A program made the translations under genes and the position numbers. 46,680 bases of DNA from an uncultured Candidatus Saccharibacteria bacterium (GTDB lineage Bacteria > Patescibacteriota > Minisyncoccia > Minisyncoccales > GWA2-38-27): positions 1-46,680 of the forward strand of contig CAZDXV010000004.1 of the NCBI GenBank assembly GCA_964509645.1, read 5' to 3'. The notes under the pieces were generated by a model. It saw nothing but the letters and a program-made list of their open reading frames with translations. It had not been told where the DNA came from and did no database searches. Positions 28,745 through 36,130 of this stretch are shown one piece after another. Numbering within the stretch: position 1 is the first letter of the stretch; each line of letters starts with the position of its first letter.

Positions 28745-30369
28745 TGGCTCGATATATTTTTGTAGCAGGCGGGGTAATGTCCGGCATAGGCAAGGGCATA
28801 GCTGTAGCCTCGATCGGAAGAGTATTGAAAAGCAAGGGCTTTAAAGTTACAGCCATAAAAATAGATCCTTATGTTAATGTTGATGCCGGAACAATGAATC
28901 CCATTGAGCACGGAGAAGTTTTTGTCACCGATGACGGAGCAGAGTGCGATCAGGATGTTGGAAATTATGAAAGATTTTTAGAGGAAAATATTTACACAGA
29001 AAACTATATTACCACAGGAAGAGTTTATCAGGCCGTAATAGACAGAGAAAGAAACTTGGAATATAAGGGGAAATGCGTTGAAGTGGTGCCTGATATTCCC
29101 AACGAAATAATCTCAAGGATAAAAAAATCAGCTGAAAGAATTAAAGCTGATTTTGTTTTAATTGAAATAGGAGGAACAGTGGGGGAGTATCAGAATATGC
29201 TTTTTCTGGAAGCTGCCAGAATGATGAAACTGGCAGACCCTAAAAATATTCTTTTTGTTTTGGTAAGCTATCTTCCCATCCCCAAGAAAATCGGAGAGAT
29301 GAAAACAAAACCCACCCAATACGCTGTAAGAACTCTTAATTCAGCAGGAATACAGCCAGATTTAATATTGGCCAGGGCTTCTCTTCCTTTGGATAAGTTA
29401 AGAAAAAAGAAAATATCTATCTTCTGTAATGTTTCTTTAGAAGATGTCATTTCAGCTCCTGATGTGGATTCTGTATACCAAGTACCGGTTAACTTTGAAA
29501 AAGAAAACTTAGGAAATAGGATCCTAGAAAAAATGGGCCTTAAAGCCAAGAAAGGAGATATGAAAGAATGGAAAAAGATGGTAAAGAATATAGATAAAGA
29601 CAACGAAAAAGTGAAAATAGCTATAGTAGGGAAGTATTTTGAAACAGGAAAGTTCACCTTAATGGATTCTTACATTTCAGTTATAGAAGCTATTAAGCAT
29701 GCCGCCTTTTCTTTTAAAAAACAGGCAGAGATCAAATGGCTTTCGGCAGAAAAATACGAAAAATCTTCTTCTGCGCTAAAAGAGATTAAAAAGTATGATG
29801 GAGTAATAGTTCCCGGAGGGTTCGGGAAAAGGGGGACAGAAGGGAAAATAAAAGCTATAAAGTACTGCAGAGAGAATAAAATACCTTATCTGGGTCTTTG
29901 TTTGGGAATGCAGCTTGCTGTGCTAGAGTTTGCCCGTCACGCCTGTAATATAAAAGACGCCCACTCTACAGAGATAAAAAAGAACTGTAAAAATCCCGTA
30001 ATTGATGTTATGGAGGAACAGAAAAAACTGATAAAAGAAAGCAATTACGGCGGAACTATGAGATTAGGAGCCTACAAGTGCAAACTGCAGCCAGGAACTA
30101 TTTCTTACAAAGCATATAAAAAAGAAATTATTTCAGAGAGACACCGCCACAGATACGAACTAAACAACGCCTATAGAAAACAACTAGAAGATAAAGGAAT
30201 GATTTTGGCGGGCTTAAACCCCAAAAGAGATCTTGTTGAAATTGTAGAACTTAAAAATCATCCTTTTTTTGTAGCTACTCAGTTTCATCCTGAATTCAAG
30301 TCAAGGCCTCTAAATCCTCACCCGCTTTTTAAAGAATTTATTAAGAGCGCAATCAAAAAACAGCCCTAG
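28744..30369 (+). CDS. pyrG: CTP synthase
   Basis: GGVMSGIGKG, KIDPYVNVDAGTM, KTKPTQ, GLCLGMQ, QFHPEF. Confidence 0.97.
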   Translation: MARYIFVAGGVMSGIGKGIAVASIGRVLKSKGFKVTAIKIDPYVNVDAGTMNPIEHGEVFVTDDGAECDQDVGNYERFLEENIYTENYITTGRVYQAVIDRERNLEYKGKCVEVVPDIPNEIISRIKKSAERIKADFVLIEIGGTVGEYQNMLFLEAARMMKLADPKNILFVLVSYLPIPKKIGEMKTKPTQYAVRTLNSAGIQPDLILARASLPLDKLRKKKISIFCNVSLEDVISAPDVDSVYQVPVNFEKENLGNRILEKMGLKAKKGDMKEWKKMVKNIDKDNEKVKIAIVGKYFETGKFTLMDSYISVIEAIKHAAFSFKKQAEIKWLSAEKYEKSSSALKEIKKYDGVIVPGGFGKRGTEGKIKAIKYCRENKIPYLGLCLGMQLAVLEFARHACNIKDAHSTEIKKNCKNPVIDVMEEQKKLIKESNYGGTMRLGAYKCKLQPGTISYKAYKKEIISERHRHRYELNNAYRKQLEDKGMILAGLNPKRDLVEIVELKNHPFFVATQFHPEFKSRPLNPHPLFKEFIKSAIKKQP

Positions 30370-30387
30370 GAGAGCTGCTTTATAAAT

Positions 30388-30666
30388 CTATTTTTCTAGA
30401 ACGCTGACTATTCTTATTTTTTTCCTAGAACCATCAAACTTTTTCTTTTTTGAAATTTTAAAACTAACCACACCAGTTTTTAAAGCGTAAAGAGTATCAT
30501 CTGAACCCTTTTTGACATTTTTTCCAGGGATATATCTAGAACCTCTCTGTTTTATAATAACCATGCCCGGCTCAGTTTTTTGTCCAGAATAAAGCTTTAC
30601 CCCTAGATATTTAGGGTTTGAATCTCTTCCTAATTTAGTTGTACCTGTAGCTTTTACTTTTGACAT
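30388..30666 (-). CDS. rpmA: 50S ribosomal protein L27
   Basis: GRDSNPKYLGVK, IIKQRG, GSDDTLYAL. Confidence 0.93.
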   Translation of the reverse strand: MSKVKATGTTKLGRDSNPKYLGVKLYSGQKTEPGMVIIKQRGSRYIPGKNVKKGSDDTLYALKTGVVSFKISKKKKFDGSRKKIRIVSVLEK

Positions 30667-30674
30667 ATATTAAA

Positions 30675-30839
30675 ATGTTAGCAAAAATAAAACTTTTTGT
30701 CAAAGACCATCAAGAGAAAATAATAGTCTTTTTAGCTGTTTTTTTAATATCTTTAATTTCTTTTGGTCTTGGGTATTTAGTAGCAGAAAACCAAAAAGAA
30801 GATTTTACAGTAGAAACTATTAAAAATGAAACGGATTAA
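30675..30839 (+). CDS. small single-pass membrane protein (54 aa), not in ORF track
   Basis: MLAKIKLFVKDHQEKIIVFLAVFLISLISFGLGYLVAENQKEDFTVETIKNETD; overlaps start of next gene. Confidence 0.65.
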   Translation: MLAKIKLFVKDHQEKIIVFLAVFLISLISFGLGYLVAENQKEDFTVETIKNETD

Positions 30840-31758
30840 AACAGCCATAATAGGAGGAGGAATATCCGGTTTGTATTTGGCCTGGAAACTCTCAGAAAAA
30901 GGCCATGATATTACCTTATTTGAAAAAGAAAAAGATATAGGACAGAATAAGGCTTGCTCCGGTCTTTTTTCGAAGAGAATATTGGAATATATACCTCAAA
31001 GCGAGAAACTGATACAAAACAGAATAAATTTTGTTGAGATAAACTTTCCCCGAAAGAAAATTAAAGTTAATTTTTCTAAACAGTTTTTGGTAATGGATCA
31101 TTCTCAACTGGATAAATTAGTTTTTGGCTTAATTAAAAAAGCTGAAATAAAATTTGGTTATAATATTAATTTTATTCCTGAAGGATTTGATAGAATAATA
31201 GGTTGCGACGGAGCTAATTCTTTTGTAAGAAAATCTCTAAATGTTCCAGATCCTCAATACAGAATAGGCATTCTAGGTTTTACCGAAAAACAATCAAACC
31301 AAGATTATGTTGAAGTTTGGCCGGTTAAAAAAGGCTTTATCTGGGAAATTCCAAGAGGGAAAGAAACAGAATACGGTATAATGACAGAACCTAAGAGGGC
31401 AACAAAAGAGCTGAATAATTTCATAGAAAAAAGAAACATCTCCTTAAAAAGAAAAAATGCAAGATTAATACCTCAGGGGTTTAATATTCCAGATAACACC
31501 AAAATAACTTTAGTTGGGGATGCGGCTGGCATGACAAAGCCTTGGTCGGGTGGGGGAGTGGTGTGGAGTTTAACCGCTTGTAATATGCTTGTTAAAAACT
31601 TTCCTGATTTTAAAAAATACAGAAGAGAAGCTAGAAGATTTTTTATTCCTAAAATAATATTTTCTAAAAGCGCAACAAAAATAGTTTATTTTTTCGGTTT
31701 TAATTTTCCCTGGCTTCTCCCGTCTGAAAATAAAATGGAATCTGATTTCTTAAAATAA
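30826..31758 (+). CDS. FAD-dependent oxidoreductase, geranylgeranyl reductase-like
   Basis: IIGGGISG, ACSG, GCDGANS, VGDAAG..KPWSGGG. Confidence 0.8.
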   Translation: MKRIKTAIIGGGISGLYLAWKLSEKGHDITLFEKEKDIGQNKACSGLFSKRILEYIPQSEKLIQNRINFVEINFPRKKIKVNFSKQFLVMDHSQLDKLVFGLIKKAEIKFGYNINFIPEGFDRIIGCDGANSFVRKSLNVPDPQYRIGILGFTEKQSNQDYVEVWPVKKGFIWEIPRGKETEYGIMTEPKRATKELNNFIEKRNISLKRKNARLIPQGFNIPDNTKITLVGDAAGMTKPWSGGGVVWSLTACNMLVKNFPDFKKYRREARRFFIPKIIFSKSATKIVYFFGFNFPWLLPSENKMESDFLK

Positions 31759-31895
31759 TTTGATAAAAAAGCGAATTTTTTATTAATATTTTCTCTTGAC
31801 AAGATTTTTTGTTTCTATACAATTATTTTTAGCAGCTGAAAACGGCGTGGTCTCCCGCAGCTGCAGAAACAAAGAATGCTAAGGAATAATAATAA

Positions 31896-32015
31896 ATGAA
31901 AGAGCTAAAATACCTAATGCAAGAAGACGAATTCGAAGAGACTCAAGATATGTATTTAGACGACGAAGAAGATTTTGAGGGAGAGGACTATGACGAAGAT
32001 TTAGACGAAGAATAA
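31896..32015 (+). CDS. small highly acidic peptide (39 aa), not in ORF track
   Basis: MKELKYLMQEDEFEETQDMYLDDEEDFEGEDYDEDLDEE; own TTGACA/TACAAT promoter near 31796-31824 and own terminator. Confidence 0.65.
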   Translation: MKELKYLMQEDEFEETQDMYLDDEEDFEGEDYDEDLDEE

Positions 32016-32026
32016 GCAAAACATTG

Positions 32027-32051
32027 AAAAACCGCTCTAAAGCGGTTTTTT
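32027..32051 (+). terminator. intrinsic terminator
   Basis: aaaaaccgct-ctaa-agcggttttt. Confidence 0.8.
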
Positions 32052-32080
32052 CTTTAGTTAAACTTTGCTAGAATAAAAAC

Positions 32081-32401
32081 ATGGACTTTAGAGAAATAGT
32101 AAAAACAATCGCAGAAGCAGCCCGGAATAGAGAAACGGTAATAATTTATTACCCAAAAACAGAAAATACTCCCGAGGGATGGAGAGAAATCGAACCCTAC
32201 AGCTTGGCTAATGACGTAGGGCCTGAGGGAGAGCATGTTATTTACGGAGAAGATATACTTGAGCCGGGTCATATTCTTAACGCTTTTACTGTGGGAAGCG
32301 GAGATAAGCACTGCGACTCTTTTATTCTAGGGAAAATAAAGGAAACCAAAAAAACAGGAAAAAGGTTCAGACCAAGAAAAAACTGGAAGGTAGAGTTTTA
32401 A
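32081..32401 (+). CDS. stand-alone WYL-like domain protein
   Basis: IAEAARNRETVIIYY...WREIEPYSL...DSFILGKIKETKKTGKRFRP resembles the WYL pattern (R.V.P..L / F.L.RI / F). Confidence 0.5.
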   Translation: MDFREIVKTIAEAARNRETVIIYYPKTENTPEGWREIEPYSLANDVGPEGEHVIYGEDILEPGHILNAFTVGSGDKHCDSFILGKIKETKKTGKRFRPRKNWKVEF

Positions 32402-32403
32402 TC

Positions 32404-32432
32404 TTGACAATATTTTTATACTATGATATAAT
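32404..32432 (+). promoter_or_regulatory. consensus sigma70 promoter
   Basis: TTGACA (32404-32409), 17 nt, TGaTATAAT (32427-32432). Confidence 0.85.
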
Positions 32433-32438
32433 ACTTGT

Positions 32439-32657
32439 ATCAGTTCTTTTAAGTTGGCAGCAGGGGAACAAGAACCCTCAACAGGCTATCGAAAGGAGGT
32501 GATAGCAGCCATGAGTTACCACAGCAGTCGTGAGCTGAATCCGTGAACCTCCAGCAGAGAAGGCACGGCCTTCTCATAGGCATCGCGCCAAAGGAGACAT
32601 CATGCCCTGGCCGTGAAAAAACAAAAAGCCCCTTGGGACAACACCAAGGGGCTTTAT
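32439..32657 (+). ncRNA. candidate orphan structured RNA of about 220 nt, family unknown
   Basis: perfect promoter, GC-rich hairpins, terminator at 32625-32655; the only SD-preceded ORFs are 11 and 4 codons. Confidence 0.5.
32625..32655. terminator. terminator, probably bidirectional
   Basis: aaagccccttgg-gacaaca-ccaaggggcttt between convergent units. Confidence 0.8.
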
Positions 32658-32669
32658 TATTGTGCGACA

Positions 32670-33620
32670 TTATAAATCTTTTCCACTATGGTATTTTTTA
32701 TGTATATCTTTTAAGCGTTTATTGGTTACATGGGTGTATATTTGAGTACTGGTAATACTCCTGTGTCCTAAAAATTCCTGTATGGTTCTTAAATCTACCC
32801 CTTTTCCTAAAAGATCTGTGGCCATGCTATGTCTTAATACATGAGGAGTAGTAAATACGGGAATTCCTGATTTAACAGCATATCTTTTAACAGATCTTTC
32901 TATGGTTCTTGCCGTAAGGCGCGAATCAGCATCTTTTTTGCCGGAGTACCTTATAAAGAGAGGCTTTTCTTGGTCTTTTCTTGTTTCTAAATATTTTTTA
33001 ATCCAAGAAAGTGCTCTTTCTGAAAAGTAAACTGTTCTAGGATAATCTCCTTTACCAACTATACTTAATTCAAAATCTTTTTTCTTTTCGATATTTTGAA
33101 ATTGTTCTTTATCAAGAGATACAAGCTCCGCAATCCGTAATCCTGTAGAGAATAAAGTTTCTAAAATAGCTCTATCTCTCAAACCTTCTTTTCTTCTTGT
33201 ATCAGGAGCTTCTAAAAGCTTTTTTATTTGTTCTAAGGTTAAAAATTTTACGGATTTTTCTTTTTTAGCGTCTCTTGGAAGGGATATTTTGTCTGAGGGG
33301 AGTGAATGTATATCTCGGACAGAAAAATAGCTTAAAAGGGCTCTCAGAGCGATTAAATAGTAGTTTTGAGTGCTCTTCTTTAAATTTTTGCCGCTGTTTG
33401 CCTTGTGACGGGAAAGGAAAAGACGGTAGTTCCAAACATCTTCAGAAGTTATTTCGTGCGGCTGTAAATCTTCTTTATTATTTTTTTTAAGCCATAATAC
33501 AAACTTATCCAAGTATCTTTTATAGTTTTCCTGGGTCTTGCTAGATAAACCTTTTTCAACCTCACAGTAGTCTAAAAAGTCTATTATATGTTTTATTATT
33601 GGTTTTTGAGACTTTTCCAT
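32670..33620 (-). CDS. XerC/XerD-like tyrosine recombinase
   Basis: FLDYCEVEKGLS, RDRAILETLFSTGLRIAEL, GKG, TPHVLRHSMAT, LGH, TQIYTHV; ATG 33620 preferred over 33689. Confidence 0.9.
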   Translation of the reverse strand: MEKSQKPIIKHIIDFLDYCEVEKGLSSKTQENYKRYLDKFVLWLKKNNKEDLQPHEITSEDVWNYRLFLSRHKANSGKNLKKSTQNYYLIALRALLSYFSVRDIHSLPSDKISLPRDAKKEKSVKFLTLEQIKKLLEAPDTRRKEGLRDRAILETLFSTGLRIAELVSLDKEQFQNIEKKKDFELSIVGKGDYPRTVYFSERALSWIKKYLETRKDQEKPLFIRYSGKKDADSRLTARTIERSVKRYAVKSGIPVFTTPHVLRHSMATDLLGKGVDLRTIQEFLGHRSITSTQIYTHVTNKRLKDIHKKYHSGKDL

Positions 33621-33751
33621 TATAGTGCTTTTTAAGCAGGTAGAGAATAGCCCTGCTTTAGATACCGCTTTACCTTTATTGTCCGACATTTACTACTTCT
33701 ATAATAATCTACTCCCCTAGGGTCTGTCAAGGAGCTTTTTGTGCAAAAAGT

Positions 33752-34093
33752 CTATTTTATAAGGTCCTTAAACCTTTCCCATAAAGATCTTCCCGCTTTG
33801 GGGATCTCTTGTTTCATTTCCTCTTTTTCTTTTTTTAATTCTTTTTTAATCGATTCTTCTTCAACTTCTATTTCTAACCAGGACCAAACCCATTTAAAAG
33901 CAGGTACTACATAAGAGTTCCATATTTTTTTTAAATAATAAATAAACTCATCAGATCCTTCTTTGAAGGCCTGGGGCATTTTTTCCAATAGCCTGACCCC
34001 TAAACCCTTAGCTTCTTCAAGGTTTTCCGGAGCTTGGGCAAAGGATACTGCAGGAATTATAATTAAAAGAGCTAAAATGATTGTTTTTTTCAT
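33752..34093 (-). CDS. hypothetical exported/membrane protein
   Basis: signal peptide-like N-terminus; translationally coupled to gltX. Confidence 0.7.
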   Translation of the reverse strand: MKKTIILALLIIIPAVSFAQAPENLEEAKGLGVRLLEKMPQAFKEGSDEFIYYLKKIWNSYVVPAFKWVWSWLEIEVEEESIKKELKKEKEEMKQEIPKAGRSLWERFKDLIK

Positions 34094-35652
34094 GCTTTTT
34101 TAAGGGCTTTCTCTACCCTTTTTAATGTTTTTTCTTTGCCCAGAACCTCTGCAATCTCAAAAGGACCGGCTGAAGCTTCTTGACCGGTTAAAGCTACTCT
34201 CAGAGGCCAAAGCAAGTATCCCCTATTCTCTGATCCCTTAAGCTTTAAAGCAAAGTTTTTAGCTTCTTTTGCGATAACTTCTTCCAACTCCCCTTTATCC
34301 CAATTGTCTATTTTAGACAATAATTCTTTATTCCTGTCAAGGGAGGTCTGGAGCTCTCCATCTGACATGTCTTTCCATTTCAAAAGATCTTTTTTATAGC
34401 TTAACTCATCTGTAAAAAAGAACCTGGTAAGATCTGGGGCTTCAGACAGCGTTACCATCCTTTCTTTGTAGAGTGATATTATATTCTTTATCTTGTTAAA
34501 AGATATTTTTTCTTTTGTTTCTTTTATAATATAGCTTTCTTGGACAATCTCTCTTCCGAAGTATCCTGTCAGACTGGGAATTCTTTCCTGGGTTTCAAAC
34601 TCGGGTATTATTAATTCCTCGCTTATTAAATAAGGAATACACAGTTTTGTCACTTTATCTAAACTTTTTTGCCTGATGTAATAGGAATTCAAAAAATCAA
34701 GTTTTTTTAAATTAAAAACAGCTCCTGATTTTTGAACCTTATCTAAAGAAAAATCTTTAACTAAAGAAGCTAAAGAATAAACCTCTCTTTCTGTCCCAGG
34801 ATTCCACCCTAGAAAGGCTAAAAAATTAACTATGGCCTCGGGCAGATAGCCCTTTTCTCTGTATTCTAATAAAGATGCTGCCCCGTGCCTTTTGCTAAGT
34901 TTAGACTTATCAGGCCCTAAAATTAATGGGAGGTGGGCATATTTGAGGTGAGGAAAACCTAACGCTTTCTGCAAAGCCATTTGTTTCGGAGTGTTAGATA
35001 GGTGGTCTTCCCCTCTTATTACATGGCTTATCTTCATTTCATAATCGTCTACTACGGCAGCGAAATTATATAGCGGATTTTCCAGGTTTTTAGCAATGGC
35101 TATGTCCCCTATCAAGCCGGCATCAAACTCTACTTTTCCACGAATCAAATCCTCAATTTTTATTTTTTCTGCTGGCACCTTAAAACGAATTATGTATTCT
35201 TTTCCATTCTTTAGATTCTCCTCTACTTCTTTTTCTGAAAGCTTGGCACACTTTCCATTGTATTTCGGGGGCAGTCCCCTGCTCATCTGTTCCTGTTTTT
35301 TAGCTTCCAGCTCTTCTTTGCTGCAAAAACAGTAATAAGCTTTTTTTTCATTTAAAAGATTCTCCAGGTACTTTTTATAGATATTTCCTCTTAAACTCTG
35401 TCTATAGGGGCCGAACTTCCCTTTTTCAGGTCCTTCATTCCAATCTAAGCCCAGCCACTTTAAGCTGTTTAAGATATCTTTTTCATATTTTTTTTCTGAT
35501 CTTTCTTTGTCTGTATCCTCAATTCTTAAAACAAAAGAACCTTTTTCTTTTTCAGAAAAAAGATAGTTAAAAAGAGCTGTTCTAGCAGATCCTATATGGA
35601 AAAAACCCGTAGGAGAAGGAGCAAATCTTGTTCTGATGTTTTCTTTTGCCAT
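34090..35652 (-). CDS. gltX: glutamate--tRNA ligase
   Basis: RFAPSPTG, HIGS, RIEDTD, HVIRGEDH, KLSKR. Confidence 0.97.
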   Translation of the reverse strand: MAKENIRTRFAPSPTGFFHIGSARTALFNYLFSEKEKGSFVLRIEDTDKERSEKKYEKDILNSLKWLGLDWNEGPEKGKFGPYRQSLRGNIYKKYLENLLNEKKAYYCFCSKEELEAKKQEQMSRGLPPKYNGKCAKLSEKEVEENLKNGKEYIIRFKVPAEKIKIEDLIRGKVEFDAGLIGDIAIAKNLENPLYNFAAVVDDYEMKISHVIRGEDHLSNTPKQMALQKALGFPHLKYAHLPLILGPDKSKLSKRHGAASLLEYREKGYLPEAIVNFLAFLGWNPGTEREVYSLASLVKDFSLDKVQKSGAVFNLKKLDFLNSYYIRQKSLDKVTKLCIPYLISEELIIPEFETQERIPSLTGYFGREIVQESYIIKETKEKISFNKIKNIISLYKERMVTLSEAPDLTRFFFTDELSYKKDLLKWKDMSDGELQTSLDRNKELLSKIDNWDKGELEEVIAKEAKNFALKLKGSENRGYLLWPLRVALTGQEASAGPFEIAEVLGKEKTLKRVEKALKKA

Positions 35653-35671
35653 AAATAAATTATATCACAAA

Positions 35672-36130
35672 CTACTCTATTTTAAGAATTTGATAATTTA
35701 TTTTTCCTCCGGGAGTATCTACAGCAACCTTGTCCGAAACCTTTTTTCCCATAAGATTCTTTCCTAAAGGAGAATCAGAAGAAATCTTTCCTTTTAAGGG
35801 GTCTGATTCTGCAGCAGATCCTGTAATTTCATATTCTTCCTTCTCTCCTTCTTCGTCTTTTAAGAAAACTTTGGATCCTACGTTAACTTTTCCGTCTTTC
35901 TTTTTCTCTATTATTTCAGCTGAATTTATCATTTGCTCCAGCTCTTTAATTCTTCCCTCTAAAAAAGATTGGGCTTCTTTTGCTTCGTCATAAGCTGCGT
36001 TTTCTGACAAATCGCCATAGGATATGGCCTGCTTGAGCCTTTCTGCGACCTCCTTTCTTTTAGTGGTTCTTAAATAATCCAACTCATCTTTTAACTTTTT
36101 GTATCCTTCTTTTGTCAATTTATTTTTCAT
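35672..36130 (-). CDS. greA: transcription elongation factor GreA
   Basis: LTKEGY, GDLSENAAYDEAK, ISSDSPLG. Confidence 0.97.
   Translation of the reverse strand: MKNKLTKEGYKKLKDELDYLRTTKRKEVAERLKQAISYGDLSENAAYDEAKEAQSFLEGRIKELEQMINSAEIIEKKKDGKVNVGSKVFLKDEEGEKEEYEITGSAAESDPLKGKISSDSPLGKNLMGKKVSDKVAVDTPGGKINYQILKIE

Noticed and set aside
32481-32510. CAGG...AGCAG as SRP RNA helix 8
   Set aside because: No GNRA tetraloop and stem lengths do not fit; no tmRNA or RNase P signatures either
32449-32755. ORFs 32449-32670 (-) and 32543-32755 (+)
   Set aside because: They run through the terminator or antisense into xer and have atypical composition
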